Assembly: GCA_013239625.1 (NCBI GenBank)
Contig: MU054212.1
Coordinates: 6,298,270-6,362,269, forward strand
Reading direction: 5' to 3'
DNA length: 64,000 nucleotides
Origin: Lama guanicoe
Taxonomy: Eukaryota
Part shown: in pieces, positions 25,811-38,000 of the stretch
Layout: each line of letters begins with the position of its first letter
Numbering within the stretch: the stretch's first letter is position 1
The notes under the pieces: generated by a model
Database searches by the model: none
What the model was told of the DNA's origin: nothing
What the model saw: the letters and a program-made list of their open reading frames with translations, nothing else
Program-made: the position numbers and the translations under genes

Positions 25811-26562
25811 TTCACCCTCTGATTAAAGGACTTTGGTGGCCCTCCACCCCCTATAAAACTTGACGTTATAGAGAATACACAGGCCCTCCAAGATCTGACC
25901 CCCACTTTCCTCTCACCATGCTAAAACCCACCTAGAGCCATCCACAGTGAATGACACCTCTTCTTATACCAAAGTCAAGATCTGGAATGCCATTCCTCTC
26001 TTCCCAGGTTTGGCCAAGCTATTCACCCCAAACCAATTCACTCATCACCTACTCTGTAAAAAAATCTTATCTTAGGTGTATAACTGATCACACTCTTCAG
26101 TGATCTCATTGTCTATTTACAGATTTTTATCCAAGCATGTATATTTTATCATTCTTATTTGTAAACTAAACAGTAATCTGTCTTTAAAAAAAGAGCTGAG
26201 GATACGTCAATCATCTTTCTATTCCCAGTGCCCAAGACTGTGCAAGACACATAGGAGGTACTTAATAACTAACAGCTGAATGAGGGAATGAATTTAAGTA
26301 TCAGCTCAAGTCCAGTGTCATCCATGAAGCTCTCCCTCACAACCTCCGCCCATGCTGATCTTTGTTCGCGTTTATTACCAGAGTTTAATGTGTAACTAGT
26401 CCCTACTTATTTCACTTGTTTTTTGTATTTTTCTCTTAGTTAGACCACAAGCATCCTGACAGCAGGAATCACGTCGTCTTCTTCTCTGACAGCTCAGTTT
26501 GAGTCCCTGCCAGAAACTTAATAAATGCCTGATTTCAAGAATAGGTGTGTAAAGCAGGAGAA

Positions 26563-26649
26563 ATATACATATACATATATATACACATATACATATATAT
26601 ATAATATTTTAAAATATAAATTTAAATTTAAAAATATAAAATATTTTTT
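26563..26649. repeat. (TA/TATACA)n and AT-only low-complexity tract
   Basis: Read directly. Confidence 0.85.
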
Positions 26650-28839
26650 CCCAGAGTCTCAAAATGAAATATTTACATGGCCAGGAATGTTACGAACTGG
26701 AAAACTCGTAAAAAGGTGAGTATGGTAACCTCACAGCTCCAACGCATGCTGATTTCCAAAGGCAGGAAATCAGGCTTTTTATGTAAACACATCCAGTTAT
26801 TAATGGTTTTTAATGGTTCGCGCAAATGAAAATCTCACGTGACCCAGAGACTACCTTGGGTTTCTGAGAGAAAGGAGGGAGTAGCTGTGGTCTGAGCAAG
26901 GGCTTGGAACAGTACTGACTGATGTGATGCTATGTGAGTGGGTAAACACCAGTCAGGAAACAGTCCAGAAATTTAGGTGGGAAGTTTAGTGCTTCCTACT
27001 CCCTTAAACTGAAACGATGACTTTGAGCGGGAGGCCTCTGTTTACAGCTTTTAGCATAAGCCTTATGGGCAAGCTCACTTAAGACCCATACAGTTGACAG
27101 CCTTCTACCTGCACATACCTGGAGCTGCTCGTACTTCTGGCCAGCCACATATATTCAGCCTAAACATGGTAATGGATACCGGTAGGTCTTGCCTGACTCT
27201 AAAGGCCAGAGTATGTTAAATGCCAGCGCTGACGAAGAATCAGAAGACACCATCACAGACCAAATGACCGGCTTCTTAAGAAAGAGGCTCGACAGTATGC
27301 GGAAAGACAAAAGAGAAAAGAGGCATCTTGGCCTCTGGACCAGAGCCATCTCAGGGTGACTCCACAGCCAGCCTGCTTTCACTCCAAAGGCCTTCACATA
27401 CACACACTCTCTCGCTCAGCCAGCCACGGTGCTGGGCGGGGACGACTGGTGACTTTACCTAAGAGGAAACTGAAGCTGTCAGAGATTAGGGAACACGCCT
27501 TTGGTCACAGCAAGTCAACAGCAAGTCCAGCATTGTCACTCAGGTGTTCTCATCCCCAAGCGCACCTTTATTATGCTGCCTCCCCAAACCGCCAACACCT
27601 CCCTCCCCAGGAAGAGGTCCACGGGGTGAGGGGCTCACCGTGCCTTGTATGTTCCTGAAAAAAGTTCTCAAAGTCAGGAGGAAGAAGCATTATTTACTAT
27701 TTATATATCCCATGAACACTTCTTTGATGAGGTTTGGAGGGCTACTCAGATGGTTTCATTTAATCCCCCAAGTGACCCCGGCAATGGATGACGTGATAAA
27801 CTTCACTTCAGGATAACTTGGGGTGACTGATGCAGGGAAAGTGCATGGTGTCACTGATAATTCACCCATTCAGTGGAAACAGAACCCAGTTCCTCTCTTT
27901 AATCTCTGGCACTGGAACTAGTTGCCAGGATGAAGCAGCTGCCTCCTTTCAGGATCAAAACCCCACATTATTAAAAAAAAAATTAAGGTTGTAGTAAGTA
28001 AAAAGCAATTTTATTTGAGGTAAGATCCTTTTAGAGAAATAGAAAATGACCTAGCTATCTAAATAAAAACTTAAGAAGGACAAAACTGAAGCTTTGATTT
28101 TTATTTGGAGAACTTAAAAGTCATACAGGATAAAAAATGAAGAGGAAAACAAAGGTTCATAGAATGTGGTAAGCAGGGAAGAGAATGAGGGGAAAAGGAG
28201 ATATGGAAACGGATTGAAAAAAGAAAATGAGACATAGAAATTGATGCAAGGAAAAAAAAAACACTACCCACAGATAAATACAATTTCAACCCAGACAAAG
28301 GAAAGGAAGGCCACCCCAATGCAGACAGACAACATATGGACGAACACAACACAAAACTTTAAAGCTGTGTTGTTACTTTACAACTACAGGCAAAAATGAA
28401 GGTCATTCTGCAGAGGCTCAAAGTTGAGGTCTAGGAGTTTTCAACACTATGGTTCTTACGATACATGCTTCTCTTCCATGCCTGATGGAAGTATTTAAAA
28501 AAGAAAAAGAGAGCCAAACTGCATGTCCAAAGTGTGGGGAGGGCCAGGAGATCACTCAAGGATTCTAACATTCCATCATTATTCCTCTATTGAAACATGA
28601 CCCCATTCTTGGATTCTCATTTGCTCCCTTTTCCACCGTCCAACAGTAAACTCCCACACACCAGTGGGACCACAGAGGACAGACCATAATACAAGCAGCT
28701 GCTCAAGTTGTGGTTTTCATTAGGAAAAAAAAGGGGGGGCCTTGATTATAAGGGATTGAGTTTTGAACCTTCAGGCCAAAACTGAAGTGATTAAAACGCC
28801 ATGTACAGAAACACGAATGGTTTCTTAAAAGCTGATGTA

Positions 28840-28950
28840 GGGGGCAGGGAACAGTGCAGTGGCAGAGTGAATGCTTAGCACGCACGAGGTCCTGAGTTCA
28901 AACCCCAGTACCTCCATTTAAATAAATAAATAAACTGAACTACCTAAATA
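28840..28950 (+). mobile_element. vic-1-type camelid tRNA-derived SINE
   Basis: gggggcaggg...cagtggcagagtgaatgcttagcacgcacgaggtcctgagttcaaaccccagtacctccatt(taaa)n; A- and B-box-like elements. Confidence 0.85.
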
Positions 28951-29104
28951 AACCCACCTTGGCTTTAGCGCATGGACCCAAAGATGGAAAAGCTAACAAA
29001 GACACAAAATAAAAACATAGCACATAGGTCCTAAAACTGCATTTCTTTAAAAGGTTAGGGGTACATTTTCACCAAATTTTTTAGCTACCCAAAGCAAGGC
29101 AATG

Positions 29105-29487
29105 AAGCCGTACAAAGACGTAGAGGAAACGTGAATGTGTATTCCTAAGTGAAAGAAGCCAATCTGAAAAGGCTCTGTACTGTATGACATTCTGGAAAAA
29201 AGCAAAACCACGGAGACAGGAAAAAGGTCAGTGGATTTCAGGGATTAGTGGATAGGGAGCGATGAACAATCACAGCACAGAGGATTTTGAGGGCAGTGAA
29301 AAGATTGTGTATGAGTCTATGATGTGTCAACGTCGGTCCATCAGTTTTCACAAAGGTACCACTCTGGTGGGGAATGTTCATGATGGGTGAGGCTGTGTAT
29401 GTGTCGGGGCAGGGGGTATATGGGAAATCTTTGTACCTTCTCCTTAATTTTGCTGTGGAAATAAAACTACTCTAAAAAATAAAAATA
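29105..29487 (+). mobile_element. L1MC1/2-like 3' end with an internal deletion
   Basis: ctaagtgaaagaagccaatctgaaaaggct...accactctggtggggaatgtt...tatatgggaaatctttgtacc...actctaaaaaataaa. Confidence 0.85.
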
Positions 29488-29704
29488 GTATGGGTGTATG
29501 TATACATACATACATACATACACACGTACCAGCAGGGCAACCCCTCCCTTAAAGGCTTGCATTTGATACAAGAGCAGAGCTAAGGCGTGACACCCCCCAC
29601 CTCCCCAGAGCCAGGCACGCTCTGTTCTCATGGCTCAGCCCAAGGGTTGTGACCCCCTGATTTGACACATACCCATTGGTTATCATTTTGCCTCTATGTC
29701 TTCA

Positions 29705-29915
29705 CGCGATGGTTAAGCGCATGAACTTCTGGAGTTGAAATCCTGGCTCTCCCTCTGACTGTGCAACTTTGCTCAAGTCATAACCTTCTACACCTCCATC
29801 TGTCTCCCAATTCCATAATACAAGGGCGGTAACCCCAGCATCAGCTCCTGGGTTGATTAAACATACATAAAGGGCTTAATGTGATGAGTGGCACAGGATA
29901 AGGGCTCAGTGAACT
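29705..29915 (+). mobile_element. MIR SINE
   Basis: tggttaagcgcatgaacttctggag...aaatcctggctct...tggcacaggataagggctcagtgaa. Confidence 0.6.
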
Positions 29916-31606
29916 TCAGAGGGGAGTCAGATGTGATGAAGATACACTTGTCAGAGTGAAAAGGAGTGTAATCATGATATTCTTCTGAGTGTGTTCCTGG
30001 TTAGGAGAAAAGTGTTAACTCCTTATATTAATCCTGGCAAAACTCCTGCAGAGGAGGATCCACTATAAAGCATTATTTGATGAAGCTTTAAAAAGGGGCA
30101 CAATTGGTAGTCGAGTAGATGGAAGCAGAGGGGAGAAAGAAATGCAGAAGATAGGGGGGTCTGGGTGGAGCTCTGCTGAACAGGTAGAGACCCGGTTCTG
30201 GGAAACACAGCGGATGGGAGTTAGCAAATGTTATCGTTTCTATGACAGGCCTTCTCCTCAATGAAGAGCAATTCCAATTAAAATGTCTCAAGCTTTGGAT
30301 ACAATCACTCTAATATATTTGTGACCACAGTGACTGCAGATGAGAGACCCACGCTTATTAGAAAGTAGTCAAAACTGCAGTAAAAAACGGAAACTGAAAG
30401 GAAAAAGCCCTGCATGACCCAGAGCCCCTCATTCTTGTTAAACCTTTTTCTTTTCATTAAAAAAAAAAAATGGAGAAGCGATAGCCAGGCTGTTGCCCTG
30501 AGACCTGGGGCCCCATTTTTGTGCAAGTGTTTCACGAAGGGCCCGCTTTCAAATGGTAAATACACGCTTCTGTCCGACACTCCAGAACTAGCAGAAGGTT
30601 TTCCCCGCCACCCGCTCACGAGAAAGAACTGCTCTTCCTCCTCGCGTTTGCTTTGGTCTTTGGGGACAAAATGCCCCTGCCCTGGCTCCCTGCCTCCGAC
30701 GCTTCATTTCATCCAAAGGCCTCCACTTTTATCCACCGCAGATGGAGCTTACGGAGCCTTCTCCAGTGCCTTTCAGGTTTGTCCCTGTTCCATGTTAAAC
30801 AGGCCGTGGTGCGAGTGCAGGGCTGCGCTCAGGAAAATATTCCGTCCAACGAGGGCAGTTATGTAAACAGGGCTTCTCCTGGCAGGAATGTCTGATGGGA
30901 TAAACAAGGCTGGAGAGAAAAAGGACTCTTACAGGGGGGAGTGACTTTGTCAGAGCACAGAGATACATTTCAGATAAAATACTCTTGTTTCTAATGTCAG
31001 ATCGGGCTTTGAATGAACCTAAATCCCCGGGGAAAGTTTAAAAAGAACAATAAGGAGTCAGCAACTGTGATTTCTGAAACTGAACTAAAAGGACGTTCGA
31101 TTTTTTTCCTTTGTCTGGTTTTAGAATTTTATTAAAAATAAAATCTCCAAACCTTTAAAGTGCCAGGGATGTTAGAAGGCTATTATAAGAACTTATAACA
31201 TTTAAGAACCTATATAGATGCTGAATGGAAATGATGGCTAAAAATCTATCAATGAAATAAGACATGCAATCACCAGAAAATTAGTAGATTATACCCTTCT
31301 TGATACAGAGGCTTAGCACTGTCTTCATTAATATTTGGCCCCTAGAAGAGGGATAAAAACCATATTTAGCCTTGAAAACAAGACTATTTATACAAAATTC
31401 ACTGTACTAAGGTGGTGATATCTCACAACGAAGAAAACAGGTTATCAGTGAAAACAAACAGGAACTGGAATACTTGAAACGGACACCTACTCCATAGGAT
31501 TGTTGCAAGGATTAAATTAAACCGTGTGTGTACAAGAATACTCAGCAAAGAGCAGTGCGCACTCGATTAATAGTAAGATGATCAACAGTGTTTTTCTTAT
31601 TGTCAG

Positions 31607-32165
31607 TGACACAGGAAGGAAGTGGGCAGGGCACAGCCATTCACGACACAGCGGTTAACACCAAGACGGTGGAAGATTCAACTCCCAGTAGACCTTGGGG
31701 CCCAAGATGGCGGGAGATTTGACTCCCAGTAGACCTTGAGTTTCATTATATGCCAACTGCAGTATATTAACATGGCAAATGGCACTCCCACAGGCGCCAT
31801 GACAGTTCCAAGACTAACCATAAAAGGTCAAAAAGTGGGTGGAGGCCCAATTCCTGGGAATACCTGTTCCTTCTCCAAAAGTAACTGGAATAATCCTTCT
31901 ACTTGTTAGTATATGAAGCTACCGACCCCATAAAAGCTAACAACCCCCACACCTCGTGGCCTTCCTCTCGCCTTCTGAAGCAGCCTGCACTCTGTCTATG
32001 GAGTATGTATCTCTCTGAATCAATCTACCTTTACTCAACGGTGGCCCACTCTTGGATTCTTTCCTGCACGAAGCCAAGGACCTACACTTGGTGGGGCACG
32101 TCCCAGGGGCTCAATCGAGACCTGGGACACAGCCATCCTCTCGCCCCACATTTTTTCCTGTATCA
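31607..32165 (+). mobile_element. Solo ERV1 LTR, MER41-like (559 bp), antisense to GAREM1
   Basis: Termini TGACACAGGAA...TTCCTGTATCA (10/11 inverted repeat); exact 4-bp TSD TCAG at 31603-31606 and 32166-32169; internal cactcccacaggcgccatgacagtt, gaataatcc, ctctgtctatggagta and gattctttcctgcacga..ccaagga match MER41 landmarks. Confidence 0.88.
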
Positions 32166-32829
32166 TCAGGATTCAATACATATTATGAATAAGGGCTGAG
32201 TTTCTTTTCCCTCTCCCTATTTCAACTGTTAGCCAAACTAATACAACAGTTCAAAGAATATGATTTATTTACTTCCTACTCTGAGGCAGTGTGCAAAGTG
32301 CTAAGGATATTTAAGGCACTCAAGATTACAGGGGAGAAAAATACTTAGAAGTCTCTATGTTTCTTTGTCTTTTACTTACGTACACTTGAGTTTTTCCAAT
32401 GCCTAGCCAATTTTTAAGACATGGCTAATTTAGGTAGGGTTGCATGTTTCTTTCTCATGCTCTGTAAATAATCCATAAATCTAAAATGACTAGATGGTTG
32501 ATACACCTAATCACTATAGGATATAGTGGGATGGGACCTGAATTTATACTGGCTGATACGGTCAACTCCCTGTAAGTAGAACAAATAATGTCAACAAATA
32601 GCTTCTCCCAGCAATTACACTCTTATTTCCACCTGGAGTCCAGCTGAAACTTTCCAAGGCCAGAATTAAGGGTGTGTTGACATTGTTTTCCTGAGTGTTA
32701 TTCTTTCTAGTCACTGAGAAGCAGCTTACTCTCCTAGCCTTCTGAGTCATTTCGACTTACGCAAACATTTTTGAGGAATGAGTGAAATTTGAGAGCATTA
32801 GGGAAATAGAAGACATCTTTATATTACAT

Positions 32830-33990
32830 GACGCAGACACTGGAAATGGTATTTAGCCTTTGGTGTTGGTAGAACTGGCTCACTGTACAGAGAAACACTA
32901 AAAATGAATCCTTATCTGACACCGCCTGTAGACAAGGAAGGACTTCAGAAGCAGAAACCATAGGGCCAAATAAAGATTACACCAAAACTAAGGATTTCTG
33001 TTCAACAAAAGATATTGTGGGAAAAGTTGACAGAGAGGTGACAGAACAGATGATGGTGCAAAGCCTAAAACTGAAAAGAGATTTAAATCTGAATTATTTG
33101 AGGAAATCCTGCAAATCACTAAAAGAAGACACCACCGCCCACACAACTATGGGCCAAGAAAATGAACAATTTACTAAGGGAGCTATTCTAAAGACTAGCA
33201 AGCATGCGGCAGGAAGCTGAGGAGTCAAATAAATGCAAGTTAAGAGATATTACTTCACATTTATTAGACAAAAATGATCAATTCCTAACGTGGGCAAGGA
33301 ATCCTGTTGGACTGTGGTGGGAGTCAGGCTGGGGCAGCCATTTTTGAGGGTGATCTGGCACTAGATAGTCAAATGAGTTCTACATATTTCTAAGGCCCAG
33401 TAATTCCACTCCTGGGCACTTATCCTCCAAAAATGTTCAAACAAGAGCATAAGGAGGATGCATGAGGATCCTCACAGCAACATGATTCCTGCTGCCCGTC
33501 CTTGGGAGAGCATCCAAACACATCGTAAAACAAGAATGGACTTTAAAAACATAGCGGATCTTTAAACCACAGTGCTTTGAGATCTGCAGATACTAACTGC
33601 CATATATAAAATAGACAGACAACAAATTTTTTTCTGTAGAGCCCAGGGAACTATATTCAATAACTTGTAATAATATATAATGTAAAAGAATATGAAACTT
33701 GTATGTATATATGTATGTATGTATATGTATGACTGCAGCATTATGCTGCACACCAGAAATTGACACAACATTGTAAACTGACTAAACTTCAATAAATAAA
33801 TAAATACACAGTGCCGAGTGGGAAGAAAAAAAGAAACGAGATTTAAAACAGTACAACTTATGTAAATCTAAAATATTTGCACACAAACCATTGCACTTCT
33901 GTAAAAACATATTAGAAGGAAAAGGGACAATAAATCCATTTAAATGATTGCACAGGGGAGGGTGGGAGGGTAAAGGACTATCAGGATGAA
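32830..33990 (+). mobile_element. Old L1ME-like ORF2 end/3' UTR, interrupted by a younger L1
   Basis: aaaactaaggatttctgttcaacaaaaga...aaggcccagtaattccactcctgggcacttatcc. Confidence 0.65.
33576..33806 (+). mobile_element. Younger cetartiodactyl-type L1 3' end nested in the older L1
   Basis: tttgagatctgcagatactaact...cagggaactatattcaata...caccagaaattgacacaacattgtaaactgact..ttcaat(aaat)n; TSD core cacagtgc at 33568-33575 and 33807-33814. Confidence 0.9.
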
Positions 33991-34341
33991 CCAGGATAAA
34001 ATAAACTCTTCCCCCACACTTTTAGTTTTAGAGAGAAAACTCTACCCCTAGTGTTTTGTTTTTTTTAACACTTGTTTAATGTATCAGGAAGGAAAGGATA
34101 AAGGACAGAGCTAAGGAGGAAAGAAAAAAGAAAGAAGAAAAGAAGGGAAAAGTGTGAATGTCTCACAGGTCAAACATTGGGTTTGATCAATACATGAAAA
34201 TATTCTTTCTTGAAACAACAGCTGCCTCCCAGCCCGCTCTTCAAAATTCCATACAGGTCCCCACAGAGGTACATTCTGACGTAACCAGAACCCAGCCTTT
34301 GAGGTGAATGGGAAATACCTTCCAACCTAATCGAGCACTTG

Positions 34342-34516
34342 AGCTCACAAAAAAAGTTTCCACTCCTCCACCCTCGTCAATTCTATTACCATTCATTTTG
34401 GGGGTATAGCTCACAAAAAAATTGTGCCTCCTTCTTTCCTTCTCATCAGACTGATGTCATACTAGGTTTCCACTCCTCCACCCTCGTCAATTCTATTACC
34501 ATTCATTTTGGGGGTA
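34342..34516. repeat. Interleaved direct repeats A-B-A-C-B (A = 14 bp, B = 51 bp, both exact)
   Basis: A at 34342-34355 and 34408-34421; B at 34356-34406 and 34466-34516. Confidence 0.95.
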
Positions 34517-34911
34517 GCAAAATTCTAATCATTTCAAGAACATTTCTCTCCCACAATGAACCCATAAAGAATGGTGTTGGGGTTACAGCCCTCCCTGTGT
34601 TATGCTCTCCATACCAATAAGAACTTCTCAACTGGTTTCAGAGACTGTGAACAATTTACCACTGTTCTATGTGGACCACGGATTCCTAAGCCGACCGAGT
34701 TGAAATTCCTAGTCATATGGAAATTGGTGAAAACTGATACGGCTTTCAGGGACGTATCCAAGTGTATATTAAACTTAACACTGTGTAAGAAGATGAATGT
34801 GGGCAAAATAGTGGACTTACAATCTCATTGTGGAAGTAAAATATTAATACATGGAATATGAAACAAGAAAATAAGGCAACACAGCATTAAAGTCTAAAGG
34901 AGGCACCTGAC

Positions 34912-35078
34912 CAGCGGTTCTCAAATGAGTGTGCATCAAATCACCAAGTGGATTGATAAACACGGCTTGGATTATGAAGGGCAGGGGGTGGATGAGTGGC
35001 TGGGGTTGAGGACTGAGACTCTGTTTCTGAGTTTCCAGGTGGTGCTGCTTCTGCTCACGTGGAGGCTGAGAACCCCAT
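34912..35078. mobile_element. MER5-family hAT MITE
   Basis: cagcggttctcaaa...tgcatcaaatcacc...ttccaggtggtgctgcttctgct...tgagaacccc. Confidence 0.65.
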
Positions 35079-38000
35079 AACAACTCTGGACAGAATAGGT
35101 ATAAACTATCAGAGGAGAGAGTGATCACAAAGGTTCTGTTGGGGTAGAGGAGAAACTGGGGCACCGGGGAGACCCTGAGCGTGGGCTGGGCTTTGGGTGA
35201 TTAGAGGATGTGGAGGTGGGAGAGGGAGGCGAAGAACCATGGAGATGCTGAGAACACCTGAGCACGGAGCCGTGGATGGAAATGACAAGCGGCAGTGAGA
35301 GCCCCACGGGCTTGGAGACGGGGAGAAGACAGGTGGGTGGACTCGACCTACTGCCAGGCTGTGAGCCGAGGACGGACTGGAACAAACTGCTGCCCTGGAT
35401 GGACATCCCCCCGGCCCACGGGGTGTGCACCTTGCCCGGTGTTCACCCTGCACTGCGACTTCTCACACACAGAGCCGGGAGACAGCACAGCCAAGGGCCC
35501 TGGCAGACGAGGGCTTCGGGCTGCCCGCCACACGTTCGTAGCACTTCATCACAATTCCAATCAAGTGAGAATCATACAAGGAGCTGTATAAAGCGCGTTC
35601 CTCCCAGTCACATGTGAGAGCTGGGGCTGCGTTTCCAGCCTGCTGCCCTGCGCTCCTCTGCAGTACAGACAGACACAACGAATGAATGAGCGCCGGACGG
35701 CAGACCCAAGCTGTGCGCTGGTCAGGGCACAGTGAACTCCCCCCGGCCCCCAGTCTCTCTTTCTCCTTTAGACTCAGGGCCAAGGCCTACACTAGCCAAG
35801 TATCTCTCACTCCTCCCCCAGGCAGAGCCAAGGTTTCACGGTGCAGGGAAGGCATTCCAGAACCAAGTATTGCAACTCCAAAAAGTGGGGAGCAAAGAAG
35901 AAGGAAAGGCACGCGAGTCTCCAGCCACAGAATCCCCAAGGGAGCTGCCCTCACAAGGCAACCTGGACTGACAATCCGTTCCCTCTTCCTAAAGTGCACG
36001 GTCAGTCCTAGGATGGCCAGAGAGGAGGAGGGGAAAGGTCCCACCTGGGGGCTGAGCATGGTCCCTCCCACTGATTGGGCAGTAGGCTGTGAGGGCCACA
36101 TGGAATACGCCTAGAAAAAGAGTCCAGCGCGGTGCGTGGCACTGAGTGCTTCACACACGGAAACCACCTTCTCTGAGCCCTTATCGCTCGTCCCTCATAC
36201 GTGTCTCTGGAAGTCTGCCTGAGCCCTTCCCTGGGAACAGTGGCACAAACGAGAAAAAGTCCAACCAACGTGGTGGTCTGGGACAAGGACCGAAGTGACT
36301 ATGACAAAAACAGACACCACATGGTTTAGGGGGAAATTTTTTTTTCTTTCGATAAATGGAAGCTGAGATATTAATAAAACAAAGTGGAAGTGTATTCAGC
36401 ATGCTGAGGAAGTTTGGGATGAGAGAGGTCAAGAGTAAAGAGTCACCTGTGGGAGGGGACAGGGGAAGCTGTGAAGATTGGGTTTTCTGTGGAGACAGAG
36501 AGAGGGAGCTGTGAAGAGGGGAGGAAGAGAGAGAGAGATAGAGAAACAGGCACTGAGTCTTCAGGCTCACACAGCAGGGATGAACCAAAGAAGACAAAGA
36601 AGGAGTGGAGAAGCCAGGAGAGAGGACAGCCACGGAGAGTTGGACGAAGAGTTTCAAGGACAGTTCCTGCTGGTGTTACAGAGTCACGGAGCAGAAACGG
36701 AAAGGACCAGGGCTCTGACCATTGCAAGTCATTATGACTTCAAGAGCCGGGCTCTGGGGGGTGCAGGCTGAGAGGCCCAAGGCCCCTACAGGCATTGCTG
36801 GGATCCACTTCTCCAAGTCAGAACTTCAAGAGTTCCTGAGTAATTCACGTTACATCTCCAGCTAGGTATACAAGTTCCAATAAAGTGGGAACCTAGCCTG
36901 CTCTTCATTCAGAAGAGCCCCAAATCCTGCATGTCTGTGTGACTTTCCGTGGCCAGGCGGCTGGCTCATGGCAATAGAGCCTATCCTTTGCATCATTAGC
37001 TGCTTTAAATACTCTTCCTGGGCTGACAATGACACCTCACCTGGTGTTAGTTTCCTTTTTTTTTTTTTATTTTGGAAATTATTTCTAGGTACTCATCACT
37101 GGTGTAAATAATGGGGGTGGGGAGCAGCTGTGACTAGTCTGCAGAAAAGACTCCGATCTCTGTGTAGGCTGGAGTGTGATCTGTAGAGAGAAGGGAGAAG
37201 TCTATTTCTGTTCCCCCTAAGCCTGAGAGCCACAACTACACAGGCCGGCCCCTGCAGGGCTCGGAGGACAACTCAGGGCAGGATTCATCAGGGATGCTGA
37301 GGACCATATTGTACACCCAGCAGTTAGGAACACTGTGAAATGACAGTCAGAAAGAAGCAGGTGTCTGCAGAGAGAGAAAGAGCAAAGCCCCACACAAGCT
37401 GTAACCGAGCCAAACGCTTCAGCTCCCAGCCTAATTCAGCCACTTTCCCATCAGAAAAATCCGTAAGAGGAGAGAGAGCTTTATAGACGGCTTAGTCAAC
37501 CAGGCCCCCAGGGGTGCAAATCTCCGAGGCAGTTCTGCTGAATGATGAGAAAGCCCAGTGGTACATTTAGACTCACTGGGAATAGCTTTGAGACAGATGA
37601 CACCCTGAGATGTCAGAATTGTTATTTTTGTGGAAATCAAACCTGCTGCCGAGTTTTTATTTACCCAAACCTCTCACCTTAAAGGAAAAATACATAGAAA
37701 AGTGCAAATACCCTAAAACAGTGACATGCTGCGGGGGAGGATGGCAAAGTGAAAGCGGGATGGTCTTGACACTTTCCTAGCCCAGGTAACACAGAAGCCA
37801 GCTCCCACTTTACGTGGCAGCAGACAACTTCCTCTGAGTGGGGTTCCACTTGGGAAGAGGGAGATGGGAAAAGATGGAGCTGTTTTGGAGGACACAGGCT
37901 GTCCTAACATGACATAATTTATTGCTCATATTTTTGCTGTATTTTTTTGGGGGGGCGGGGCTATTAGCAATGCAACTTTGACAGGAACTAAGGCTATCTC

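Noticed and set aside
30414..30866. 150-aa ORF, plus the 100-160-aa ORFs at 35-37 kb, 43 kb and 58 kb
   Set aside because: No recognisable protein similarity; they overlap repeats or GC-rich low-stop sequence and lack convincing exon structure.
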